From Candidatus Bathyarchaeia archaeon (lineage in GTDB: Archaea; Thermoproteota; Bathyarchaeia; 40CM-2-53-6): a DNA stretch of 64,000 nucleotides. The stretch is from contig JBEKVV010000002.1 in assembly GCA_049513715.1 (NCBI GenBank), positions 448,001 to 512,000 of the forward strand. The letters run 5' to 3'. The first letter of the stretch is position 1. Every line of letters begins with the position of its first letter. Both the position numbers and the translations under genes were made by a program. Shown piece after piece: positions 47,338-56,579 of this stretch. The notes under the pieces are model-generated. The model had not been told where the DNA came from, ran no database searches, and saw only the letters and a program-made list of their open reading frames with translations.

Positions 47338-48572
47338 TGAATCGCAGCGTAACCATGGACGAGGGTTTCCTCGTCAGAGTTAGTTTCCTTTTCACATCCG
47401 GGTTCATATTCGCAGAGGGACTCCAGAATTGGATTAGGGGGAACATAGAATCGCACCCCGAAGTCGTCCTCCTAATCTTGGTGAGTTACGGGCTTGCGTT
47501 CATCCTATTCATCTTTGCCACCATGAACACCGATGCGGTGTTGAAGGTCAGGGATCTAGCTCTCGTCGCTCTGATCTTCGTGACAATCAGTAGTTGGTAC
47601 GTGGTGACTCAGGTTGAGTTCCCAGGATCATACCAAACCGACGCTCTGGCCTTCGCTCATTACTCAGCTATCCTGTACTCGAAGGGGGTCAATCCGTATA
47701 CTCAAGACCTGCAAAGTGCTCTCTCGGCATTCGCAGTTAATCCACAGTTCTTCACGCTCACCCCGAACGGCGACCTGGTTACAAACCTCAATTACCCAGC
47801 CCTGCAATTCATCGTCCTTTTGCCTGTCGTCTGGTTAGGATTGCATGATGCACGCATCGTAATCTACCTCTTCGAACTAGCAGCCATCGTAATAATCTAC
47901 GTCTGGTCACCTAAAGAAATCCGGGCCTTGGCCATAATTCCAATTTTCGCGGGGTCCGACTTGGCTGTCAACTTCTCCGCGGGGGCAGTAGCGGATTTCC
48001 TCTGGGTCCTACCGTTGGTCTTGATGATTGTTTTTATGGACGACGTGCGGCTGTCGGGCATTATGTTCGGCCTAGCTAGCGCAATAAAACAAACCCCGTG
48101 GCTGCTCTCGCCCTTTCTACTGGTGTACTACCTCCGAAGCGGCTCAGGTCTTAACGCCAGGAGCCGACTGAAGCAAACCGTAATTTTCGGCGCGTTCGCA
48201 CTTGGCACGTTCCTTGTTCCCAACATTGGATTCATGTGGAACAATTTCAGCGCCTGGTACACTGGGGTTGTCACGCCGGCCTTCGGCAATCTCGTAGTAC
48301 TAAGCCAAGGGCTATCCCTCATAACCCTAGCAATTGGGATCCCATTGCCTCCTATTTTCTATTTGACAGCAACCCTAGCGGTCGCTGCTACACTGCTCAT
48401 TAACTACTACGTATACTACGAGAAATTGGCACTTGCCGTTTGGGCTTTTCCAGCCATCATACTATGGTTCTCCTACCGCGGCCTCCAGAACTACTTCATC
48501 TTCTGGACACCGTTACTCGTGATGGCCGTGGTTAAGCTCTACAAGAAAGGAGGGACACACTCTGCGCGTTAA
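47337..48572 (+). CDS. GT-C type membrane glycosyltransferase (GT87/PIG-M-like)
   Basis: YQTD...., G.NPY, NYPAL, GLASAIKQTPW; TGATG coupling with the upstream gene and GGAGGT RBS. Confidence 0.75.
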   Translation: MNRSVTMDEGFLVRVSFLFTSGFIFAEGLQNWIRGNIESHPEVVLLILVSYGLAFILFIFATMNTDAVLKVRDLALVALIFVTISSWYVVTQVEFPGSYQTDALAFAHYSAILYSKGVNPYTQDLQSALSAFAVNPQFFTLTPNGDLVTNLNYPALQFIVLLPVVWLGLHDARIVIYLFELAAIVIIYVWSPKEIRALAIIPIFAGSDLAVNFSAGAVADFLWVLPLVLMIVFMDDVRLSGIMFGLASAIKQTPWLLSPFLLVYYLRSGSGLNARSRLKQTVIFGAFALGTFLVPNIGFMWNNFSAWYTGVVTPAFGNLVVLSQGLSLITLAIGIPLPPIFYLTATLAVAATLLINYYVYYEKLALAVWAFPAIILWFSYRGLQNYFIFWTPLLVMAVVKLYKKGGTHSAR

Positions 48573-49410
48573 GCCCCGAATAGCGCTCATCACGGTCTCG
48601 GTTTGCATATTCGCGCTTTCAATTTCCTTCATTAACTTCTACGGTCAAATCGAACAGCCGTCACCAATCCTGAACGTTAACCAAAAGCTCTGGACCTTTG
48701 ACCCGACCAAGAACATAACCAAGCCATATCTTTGGGATGTGGACATCATCAAGGGGCCTCCTGACAACGTGTCCATCATCCAGGCCAACGTCCAAAACCA
48801 AGCAGCCATCGGGCTAATATTGGATCGTGTAAACCAAAACAACTCAAACGTATGGACCACACTGCACATTCGACAAGACCTGCACGGTCAAGCTCTCGAC
48901 GCCGTGTTCCGGTCCGAAATTTCACTCATGGTGTTCCCAACCTTCCACCTTTGGTTCGACGCCATAACGCATAGCCCGGAGAACGCGTTCGGCATTGAAA
49001 TCAACGACGGAACAAACCTCCTCTGGTTCGTCTTCAGTGACAGCCAAAGCCAAACATTCCAGCTACCCCATCACAGGATCGTCCTAACCGAAACTCCGCT
49101 GAACGAGTGGTCGACTAGGAATGTTGGCATTGCAGCCCAATGGCAAGCTGCGGGCTGGAAGAAACCCGATTCCCTGTCATTCATCCTCATACTAGGCACA
49201 ACGTTACTTCATCCTGGGACATGGGTCGGTTACTTCGCAAACCTTAGCGTCAACGTCGCCCCGTTTCAGGCCGAAAGTCTATCTTCAGGAGCACGGTTAG
49301 GTATCCTAATTGTGGATGCGTTAGTGATCTTGGGGTTGACAGCAATCATTTTGCTCCTAGAGAAACGCCAGGGCAATCGAAGCGGCGGCCGCCGGAGATC
49401 CAAGGCCTGA
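48562..49410 (+). CDS. Hypothetical protein with N- and C-terminal TM (probable CTG start)
   Basis: Frame is open upstream of the track start 48739 to CTG 48562, preceded by GGAGGGA; this adds an N-terminal anchor RVKPRIALITVSVCIFALSISFI. Confidence 0.7.
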   Translation: MRVKPRIALITVSVCIFALSISFINFYGQIEQPSPILNVNQKLWTFDPTKNITKPYLWDVDIIKGPPDNVSIIQANVQNQAAIGLILDRVNQNNSNVWTTLHIRQDLHGQALDAVFRSEISLMVFPTFHLWFDAITHSPENAFGIEINDGTNLLWFVFSDSQSQTFQLPHHRIVLTETPLNEWSTRNVGIAAQWQAAGWKKPDSLSFILILGTTLLHPGTWVGYFANLSVNVAPFQAESLSSGARLGILIVDALVILGLTAIILLLEKRQGNRSGGRRRSKA

Positions 49411-49411
49411 G

Positions 49412-50041
49412 GTGGAACCGATATCAAGAAAGACAAGGTCCAACTTGGTCGGCCGTGCTCGGCCAAGTCTTAGCACGACTACTCTGGGTGGATTGAGGGC
49501 AAATATATTTTCCATTATTTCAATCGCTTTCGGCATTTCTGCGCTCACAATGATTCTCGCCTCAACCTTCGCCCCATCAGGGCAAATAAGTGGCAGCAAC
49601 CTAGTCCTGATTGAAGTGGAAGTTCTGCCTGGGTTCTACATGAAGCCCATCACGTTTTTCCAATTCTCAATGTTTCTATCATTCGCTTTTGGCCTGAACA
49701 CTCCCATTACAAGGCAATACTTCCTTAAAGTCCGCCCCTCGATTCTCCGAACCGTCTACATAGGCGCGTGGCTGGTCGCGATGGGCAGCGCATTTGAAAT
49801 TCTCTATCAAGTCGTTATATGGTCAGCGTCGCTGGCAGTGCAGGGCCTTACAAACCCAGATATCATAGTCAACATCTTTCCCATCTCAGTGAACCCCGCG
49901 CCTATCAACGTCGTCTTCGCCGCGAAGATTATCGTGGCAATATTCTTCATGTCACTATTCCTGATAGACTATCTTCACCGAATTGACCGAACAAAGCAAG
50001 AGAATCAATTTGCAGAACGGCTAATTAACGCCCGCCGCTAA
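49412..50041 (+). CDS. Hypothetical membrane protein (~4 TM) adjacent to the sortase gene
   Basis: Hydrophobic helices; YMKP.T, FEILY...W, NPD.I.N.FP, N.VFA.K. Confidence 0.75.
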   Translation: MEPISRKTRSNLVGRARPSLSTTTLGGLRANIFSIISIAFGISALTMILASTFAPSGQISGSNLVLIEVEVLPGFYMKPITFFQFSMFLSFAFGLNTPITRQYFLKVRPSILRTVYIGAWLVAMGSAFEILYQVVIWSASLAVQGLTNPDIIVNIFPISVNPAPINVVFAAKIIVAIFFMSLFLIDYLHRIDRTKQENQFAERLINARR

Positions 50042-50107
50042 ACCCGCACAAGAATCGACAACTGATAGCGGAGAGCTAGTCAAACATCTAAGAAGAGGAA
50101 TTTCGTA

Positions 50108-51271
50108 ATGCACTTAAGACCACAGAAGAAAATCAAACGCTTCCTCAGCGGCGTATACGACGAATTTCACACACGAGACGCTATCCCCCTACTCATAATT
50201 GTCTTTCCAGTTATCTTCTTGATGATGATTGATTCCGCGTCGTTCTCTCTCGTCTGGTTCTGGGGGGGACAAATAGGCCGAGCCGGTTTCGCCTTCTTGT
50301 TCTTTCTCGTGGCGTGGGACTTTCACGACTCTCGAAAGAAACTCAAAGCGACGAGGGCGAAGTGGCGTTACGCGTTGGCGGGCGTCGCCCTTGCAGTTCT
50401 ACTGGTCTACTATTGGGAGCGAGTGATGAGTGCGGACTGGACTACATATCTGAGAGTGTATGTAACAAGTCAACTTGGCGTATCCCAGAAATCCCCGCTT
50501 AGTTTCTTGCTCGCAATGGATTTCGTCGTTTTCGCAATCTATTGCGCCATCGCGACAGCCCTACTCTACTCGCCTAAGGCGGTTGGGCTGATAGTTACTC
50601 CAATAATCTACGCCTTGGGTAGCGGGATCTTGGACATGATGGACGGTTACTTTCCGGAGGACTCGCTCGCCTTCCTCCAAATCTGGGTCTACGTGATTTG
50701 GAACGTGGTTGTATTTCTGCTCAGCCTACTCGGGTTCCACACGAACGTCAACCCGCTAACTGGAACCGTTCAACCACCAAGCATACAACTCATCGGCAAT
50801 AGGCTGCTGCTTTGGGGGTCAAAGGGTTTCATCACCCTAGCCATCTTTTGGCCTTCGTCCGGCGTAGTCAGCATGATCGTCTACAGCCTTGTTATTGTGG
50901 TTCTTATGGTAAAGCTCGACGCCCCCAGAAAGCGTAAAGCGATCTACGCGGCAATCGGGGCAGCCGGAACTTACCTCATCAACGTAATCCGCATCACACT
51001 AATCGTTCTATACGTGGCTTTCATCAGCCTCGACGTGGAAGCGTTCCACCAATCGATCGGTGAAGTACTTTTCATCACCTGGATCTTCACTTACCTGCTA
51101 TTCGTCATACGCAACGAAAACAAATACTATGTAAAAGTTGCAAGCTCCAAGCGGCCTGAGGCGAAAGCGGATCTGGCGGCCGCGAGGGTCAGCAAGAGTC
51201 GACGTCCTATCAAACGGAAACCAAAGAATCATGAGTGGCTAGAACGGGTCAAAGAGGCCCGGTTGAAGTAA
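50108..51271 (+). CDS. Thaumarchaeosortase-like (ArtG-like) archaeosortase with Ser at the catalytic Cys position
   Basis: Multi-TM; AIFWPSSGVVSM (Ser codon 50855-50857), PRKRK.IY, NVIRI (Arg), FHQSIGE (His). Confidence 0.8.
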   Translation: MHLRPQKKIKRFLSGVYDEFHTRDAIPLLIIVFPVIFLMMIDSASFSLVWFWGGQIGRAGFAFLFFLVAWDFHDSRKKLKATRAKWRYALAGVALAVLLVYYWERVMSADWTTYLRVYVTSQLGVSQKSPLSFLLAMDFVVFAIYCAIATALLYSPKAVGLIVTPIIYALGSGILDMMDGYFPEDSLAFLQIWVYVIWNVVVFLLSLLGFHTNVNPLTGTVQPPSIQLIGNRLLLWGSKGFITLAIFWPSSGVVSMIVYSLVIVVLMVKLDAPRKRKAIYAAIGAAGTYLINVIRITLIVLYVAFISLDVEAFHQSIGEVLFITWIFTYLLFVIRNENKYYVKVASSKRPEAKADLAAARVSKSRRPIKRKPKNHEWLERVKEARLK

Positions 51272-51357
51272 GAGTGCCCGTCGATTCGCACACCTCGTTC
51301 TCGGAGGCGGGTTCTTAAAGAGACTGATGGTCTACGGAATGATGTGGTTGGTAGGTA

Positions 51358-52083
51358 ATGGAACGAGGTAATCGGTTGGAACTTTCAATTCTCATTCCGG
51401 CGCATAATGAAGAAAAACGAATGGAGACCTGCCTAATCCGCCTCACCGACTTTCTCAAACAGACCCACCCCTATTCCGAGATAGTGATCAGCGAGGACGG
51501 GAGCAAGGACAGAACAGTCAAAATCGTGAACGAATTCAAACAGAAGAATTCCGAGATTCAAATCATCCTACTCCATGCCACAGAGAGGTTAGGGAAAGGA
51601 GGTGGCTTGAAACGAGGAATCGAAGTGTGCAACGGACAGTTCACCGTCTTCACAGACACGGACCTGCCGGTTCCATTGGAAACGATTACCCGGGCGGTAG
51701 AACTTCTCAAGGGGGGCGCGGATGTCGTAGCAGGAAGTCGTGTAATGAAAGGTAGTAAAAGGGATGAGCCATTGAAGCGGAGGATACTGAGCCGAGGGTT
51801 CCATTATCTAGCTCTTATTTCCTTGGGTATGGGCTGGGATTCACAATGTGGGTTCAAAGCGGTGAGGACGAGTGTTGGGCGCGATCTCTTTTCTCAAATG
51901 GCCAACCCCGGGTTTGCTTATGATGTCGACTTCTTGATTCAGGCGAAACGCAAAGGGGTAAACGTCGTTGAGATGCCGGTTGAGTGGCATTACAATACAG
52001 ATTCGTCCATGAGGCTCTCTAAGGATATTTTTGGGATGTTCAGGGAACTTGTCCATATTTTCTTCCAAGCCCGTTTCCCATAG
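51358..52083 (+). CDS. GT2 dolichyl/polyprenyl-phosphate hexosyltransferase (Alg5/DPM1-like)
   Basis: SILIPAHNEE, EDGSKDRT, GKGGG, FTDTD, VAGSR, DSQCGFK, FAYDVD, EMPVEW. Confidence 0.92.
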   Translation: MERGNRLELSILIPAHNEEKRMETCLIRLTDFLKQTHPYSEIVISEDGSKDRTVKIVNEFKQKNSEIQIILLHATERLGKGGGLKRGIEVCNGQFTVFTDTDLPVPLETITRAVELLKGGADVVAGSRVMKGSKRDEPLKRRILSRGFHYLALISLGMGWDSQCGFKAVRTSVGRDLFSQMANPGFAYDVDFLIQAKRKGVNVVEMPVEWHYNTDSSMRLSKDIFGMFRELVHIFFQARFP

Positions 52084-52182
52084 GAAGATGATGACTCCAA
52101 CCTTACGATACCTCGTCAGCCAGCAAACTGTAGAAAGATTCTAAAGACCACGTACACTGCACAGCTGAAACAGGTACCTATA

Positions 52183-53517
52183 ATGGTTCTGCAGAGCGGA
52201 CGCGGGTTCTGGGACATCACACTGCACGACCAAGAATTCAAACTTATTCTCATTGTTGCATCAACCCTCTGGGTATATACGACAATAATCCATCTTCCAT
52301 TCGTCGTTCCTAGCAACTACACTGACATTGGGTACTTGTGGATTCGCGACGTATACTCAGGACACAACAACATGGCCATTCCCTACGTGGACTACAAGCT
52401 TGAGTATCCACAGATGATCGGGCTGATAATCTGGATCGGCCAAGCAATCGGAACATACGCCCCGTTCGTGTTGGACGCTTACAACACGTACATGGTTGTC
52501 GAATCTGTTCTGCAATACCCATTCATGATTGGGACCATCTACAACATCTATGTACTTTGCAGCAAACTTGGAATCAACAAGAACAGAATCTACCTCTATT
52601 TGCTCACATCAATGACCTTCATGATTTACGGCTTCTACAATTGGGATTTCATAGTCGCATACTTCGCGAGCCTCTCAATCATGTACTATTTGGAGAAACG
52701 ATACGACGCGAGCTCCCTAGCCCTCATAGCCGGAATCTTGAGCAAATTCATACCTATCTGCATGGCTCCAGCAATGGTCTGGTGTCTGCCAAACAACAGG
52801 GCACGGGTAAGGTTCATCGCCATCGCCGGTTCAGTTTGGGGTGCTGTAAATGCGCCTTTCGTTCTAGCCAATATCCAGTTGAACCGGCCATTTTGGCTGC
52901 AACTTTACACGCACACCCAAAACCACCAACTGCAAAACACTTGGATATCGATGGTGATTCAAACCGCGGGCTTAGGAGACATCATTTCAGGACGAGGGTA
53001 CGGGCATTACCTCAGCTTAGGCATCATAGGATACTTGATTCTTCGCGCGCTGATCTCGAAGCGAACTCCACTTGAAAAGATTCTCCTATCATGGTACGCT
53101 TGGTTCGGAGCGATCTACCTGTTCGACCCGCAAATGTGGATCCAACTGTTTCCAATAATCATTCTGACCCCAAGCTTTGATTTCGTACTATACAGAATCG
53201 CCGACATGCTCAATGCCTTCATAATACTGTTTTACTTCATCGGAGGCAGTCGTCCAGAACTGCCGAAGTATCTTACTGACCAACTTACTCCCTTCGGGCT
53301 TGTTAACATATCAGCCGCATTACGCCAACTCATAGTCCTCGGAGCCTACTTCATCAGCTTCAACCCAGCGAGACAAGACCGACTCAAACGATGGAGGCGG
53401 TCAGTCTACACTTGGTTTGCTCGTCTATTGGGCGATGTTCCTAACCGCCTCGCGCAGATGCCTAGAGACTTGCTAGGCCCAGTTAGGCCTAAGGATGCGA
53501 GGCCTTCGAAATCGTGA
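52183..53517 (+). CDS. GT-C type glycosyltransferase (GT87/DUF2029-like)
   Basis: YTDI..LW, PYVDYKLEYP, YNWD, GILSKFIP, NAPF, PQ..I.L.P; multi-TM. Confidence 0.82.
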   Translation: MVLQSGRGFWDITLHDQEFKLILIVASTLWVYTTIIHLPFVVPSNYTDIGYLWIRDVYSGHNNMAIPYVDYKLEYPQMIGLIIWIGQAIGTYAPFVLDAYNTYMVVESVLQYPFMIGTIYNIYVLCSKLGINKNRIYLYLLTSMTFMIYGFYNWDFIVAYFASLSIMYYLEKRYDASSLALIAGILSKFIPICMAPAMVWCLPNNRARVRFIAIAGSVWGAVNAPFVLANIQLNRPFWLQLYTHTQNHQLQNTWISMVIQTAGLGDIISGRGYGHYLSLGIIGYLILRALISKRTPLEKILLSWYAWFGAIYLFDPQMWIQLFPIIILTPSFDFVLYRIADMLNAFIILFYFIGGSRPELPKYLTDQLTPFGLVNISAALRQLIVLGAYFISFNPARQDRLKRWRRSVYTWFARLLGDVPNRLAQMPRDLLGPVRPKDARPSKS

Positions 53518-53605
53518 AACTAATAATCCCTGCCTTCTTTTTCGAAGGAACAGCCTTCAAGCCCTTAAGTTAGTAGACTGAACAGTTTAGGCGGTAATGT
53601 AGCTA

Positions 53606-55252
53606 ATGCCAAGCGGAGCGGAGCTCAATGGTCTCGTAAGTGGCGGACTCGACGAGTTGGCTCCATTTCCGCACAGGGTTGCCGTTTGCGCGTATGGCCC
53701 TTCTTTTTACGCCAAGCCAGGAGCGTACATTGGTCAGGACCTTTTGGTAATTCGCGACAAGTACGCAGACGGTTTGCGAACTTATCTGAGAACCACCGAA
53801 AAACAGCAGACGAGGTTCCTACTCGTTGACCGCAGTCTGATCGAATCGGACATTGAGAGAGGAACTCTGGGCGATTTCCTTACTGAGAAACTTATCTACC
53901 CATACCGCGCTCTGGCAAACCAGGACTACCTAGATGACCTGAGCCTTCAAGCGGCCAGGCGGACAGTCAAAGAGGAAGCACGTGACCTCGTGCTGAACTA
54001 CGGCGAGATGTGCAGAGGGATTGTGGCTGCACCTGAGTTCTTCGGGTTATCGAAGCTCAGGCGGCGAGCCAGGGTCTTCGTCCCCAGCTTGGAAGACTAT
54101 CTGAGGCTACTTGACCCTGCAGTTCGACAACAGAACCTGTCAACTCTTCGCGAAGCATTCAGCAAAGCTGTCTCGGGTATGGGCGGCGACGGAGTGGAAT
54201 TTGATGGCGAGAATGTGGCATTTCAGGATCAGTCAGTGGATAAATGGCTTAAGGTCAGGTCATCCGAGCAAGCTGTCAATATCTTAAGGCATAGTCAGCG
54301 GGCACTCTATTCTTACCTCGCAAGGGGCCGCACGGTCTTTCTGAGCCCTGAGCTCCTTGCCCGGGAACTCAGTAGCCCCCTGAGGTTGAGCTTGGACCCG
54401 GACTTGGTGGGAAGGCAACCTGAGAACCCTAATAATTCTCTATACCTTCGTACAGAGGAAGGATTGGTTTCCTTCAACGAGCGGTCCAGTCTCGAAGAGA
54501 TGCTTTCGAAACTCAGGCCGGGACGGCCCATGACCGTGTCGCCATTGGCAGGGGTTCTGAACGAAGTATACCTAGTCACACTAGGAAGGGAGCGGTTTGT
54601 CGCAAAGAGGTTCACCGATTGGCACGGGTTCAAGTGGTTCACATTAAACCTCGTTTCCCTTGGGAGTAAACTCTTCTCAGTGTCTGGCAAGGCAAGATTG
54701 ACAAATGAGTACGGAATCAACCGGTACTTGGCCAAGAAAGGCCTGAAAGTTCCCCAGGTTATCAATGTCAATGTGAAGCAGCGAATCTTGGTTGAAACCT
54801 ACATTTCGGGAGTACCGATGAACGAATTTGTATCTCAGGCTATCGGCGGGGGCGCGTTAGGTACGTCTCAATACAGACTCGCCGAAGCCTTCGGCGAGTC
54901 GCTCGCGCGAATACACGAGGCGGGTGTTGCAGTCGGCGACGCGAAACCAGAAAACTTCGTTGCCAAGGGTGATGAGATCTACACAGTAGACTTGGAGCAG
55001 GCGGGGAAACACGGTGATCAGGCTTGGGACATCGCAGAGCTATTGTTCTACACGGGCCATTACAGCAACACCGCAACGCCAACACGCGGCTTCACCGAGG
55101 TTGTTGAGGCTTTCATACTGGGATATCTTAAGGCAGGTAACGCGAGGGAGCTCAAGCGAGCTACAGGTGCAAGATACGTCCGCGTCTTCTCATTATGGAC
55201 CCCAGCACCAATAATCGTTGAAATATCCAGGCTACTTCGGGAAGCAAAATAG
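53606..55252 (+). CDS. Degenerate nucleotidyltransferase-like domain fused to a Kdo/RIO/Bud32-like kinase
   Basis: N-terminal VCAYGP...QDLLVI; C-terminal VAKRF, NEY, LARIH...GDAKPENF, VDLEQ, AWDIAE. Confidence 0.75.
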   Translation: MPSGAELNGLVSGGLDELAPFPHRVAVCAYGPSFYAKPGAYIGQDLLVIRDKYADGLRTYLRTTEKQQTRFLLVDRSLIESDIERGTLGDFLTEKLIYPYRALANQDYLDDLSLQAARRTVKEEARDLVLNYGEMCRGIVAAPEFFGLSKLRRRARVFVPSLEDYLRLLDPAVRQQNLSTLREAFSKAVSGMGGDGVEFDGENVAFQDQSVDKWLKVRSSEQAVNILRHSQRALYSYLARGRTVFLSPELLARELSSPLRLSLDPDLVGRQPENPNNSLYLRTEEGLVSFNERSSLEEMLSKLRPGRPMTVSPLAGVLNEVYLVTLGRERFVAKRFTDWHGFKWFTLNLVSLGSKLFSVSGKARLTNEYGINRYLAKKGLKVPQVINVNVKQRILVETYISGVPMNEFVSQAIGGGALGTSQYRLAEAFGESLARIHEAGVAVGDAKPENFVAKGDEIYTVDLEQAGKHGDQAWDIAELLFYTGHYSNTATPTRGFTEVVEAFILGYLKAGNARELKRATGARYVRVFSLWTPAPIIVEISRLLREAK

Positions 55253-55266
55253 TCTCGGGATTCTCC

Positions 55267-55911
55267 TTGAACCGCAGAATTCGACTCGTAGTGTTCGATT
55301 TAGATGGCACATTGACCCCTGTCGACAGCCTCTGGAGCTACCTTCACGAGGCATTCGGAACTTGGGACTACGGAAAACTGGCTGCCCAGAAGTACAGGCG
55401 GGGCGAAATATCCTATAAAGAATGGGCCGAAACCGATTCTCAATACTGGGCGGGGGCACCTCTTACACAAGTAATGCAAGTGCTCGAGAAAATCCCCTAT
55501 CGCAAAGGCGCCGAACAAGTCTTCCAAGACCTCAAACGGGGTAACGTCAAGACCGCCATCGTAAGCGCGGGACTGTCGCTTCTAACTGACAAAGCAGGGC
55601 GAGATCTCGGGGCAGACCTCACCCTCTCCAATGAGCTACAAACCAATGACGGAAGGTTGACCGGAGGAATAGTTGTCAAGGTGGGCGTTAACGAGAAGAG
55701 AGAAATAATCGAACGAATCGCGATCCAATTGAAAGTCCCGCTAGCAGAAGTCGCGCTTGTCGGAGATCGAGCAAATGATCTCATGAACCCTGAATGCTTG
55801 AAGATCGCTTTCAAACCGAAGGATGAAAACGCTCGACAGGTTGCGGACATAATCATCGAAGATGATGACTTGAGCAAAATCCTCCCATATCTCGTCCAGC
55901 CAACTCAGTGA
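55267..55911 (+). CDS. HAD-superfamily phosphatase (phosphoserine phosphatase-like, subfamily IB)
   Basis: FDLDGTL, SLW..LH, IVSAG, SNEL....G.LTG, K, VGDRAND. Confidence 0.9.
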   Translation: MNRRIRLVVFDLDGTLTPVDSLWSYLHEAFGTWDYGKLAAQKYRRGEISYKEWAETDSQYWAGAPLTQVMQVLEKIPYRKGAEQVFQDLKRGNVKTAIVSAGLSLLTDKAGRDLGADLTLSNELQTNDGRLTGGIVVKVGVNEKREIIERIAIQLKVPLAEVALVGDRANDLMNPECLKIAFKPKDENARQVADIIIEDDDLSKILPYLVQPTQ

Positions 55912-55921
55912 CGGCTCGCCA

Positions 55922-55939
55922 GATTCCAGCCGTGGAATC
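55922..55939 (+). terminator. Short hairpin after the HAD gene
   Basis: GATTCCA-GCCG-TGGAATC, 10 nt after the stop; no U tract. Confidence 0.3.
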
Positions 55940-55983
55940 CAATAGGAATGGTTAAGACCAATGAAATCGTGCCCCAATCAGCC

Positions 55984-56097
55984 ATGACACTATTATCTCA
56001 ATTGAAAGGGCATCCAAATCGGATTGGAATGACGATTGGGTTCGTCATATTACTCTTCATCATAGTCTACGTAGTTCTGCATCAACGAGCACCTTAG
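55984..56097 (+). CDS. Putative single-TM microprotein
   Basis: Manual translation MTLLSQLKGHPNRIGMTIGFVILLFIIVYVVLHQRAP* (alternative ATG 55948). Confidence 0.35.
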   Translation: MTLLSQLKGHPNRIGMTIGFVILLFIIVYVVLHQRAP

Positions 56098-56154
56098 TCA
56101 CTTCGAACCAATTCATGCTCCCTCCAGTGGGAGAGTAGGCAGCCGATTGGCAGT

Positions 56155-56412
56155 TCAGAACAGAGTGCGTCCCCTCGACTTGTTCGTTACCTCGACTACG
56201 TTCCCGTCTCTGTCCAACTTGACTATGAATTGACGGATGGATTCCTTCTCGATGGCGTAGTGGCCATAAACCCGATAGAAGCCGTCGTCAAACTGCATCC
56301 CGTCAACCTCCAACGGGCCCTTCACGGTGAACCGTTTGCGGACATGTTCAACCGCAATCGCTTTCACCTTGTCAGCGGTGCTTAAACCATGCCCCATTCC
56401 CCTCAGTGTCAT
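56155..56412 (-). CDS. Small hypothetical protein (PepSY-like alpha/beta pattern)
   Basis: AGGGGAG RBS; A..IA..HV helix then beta strands ending VKLDRDGNVVEV. Confidence 0.6.
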   Translation of the reverse strand: MTLRGMGHGLSTADKVKAIAVEHVRKRFTVKGPLEVDGMQFDDGFYRVYGHYAIEKESIRQFIVKLDRDGNVVEVTNKSRGRTLF

Positions 56413-56579
56413 CTGACTCCCCTTGAAGTCTCATGTCTTACTGTCGTGGAAAGCATCCTATGCTTTGCACAATTGAACCCATCTGCAGTCGTTAACTCCT
56501 TTGGTTAGTTCTAGGGATGGCAATATGCGACAGAGATTAAGTAGGCAGCCCGATTCGGTGACTTCACCGTGCCCCAAAA

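Noticed and set aside
52088..52170. ATGATGA box-C-like motif (C/D sRNA)
   Set aside because: No convincing D'/C' boxes, and spacing to the next CTGA is too long.
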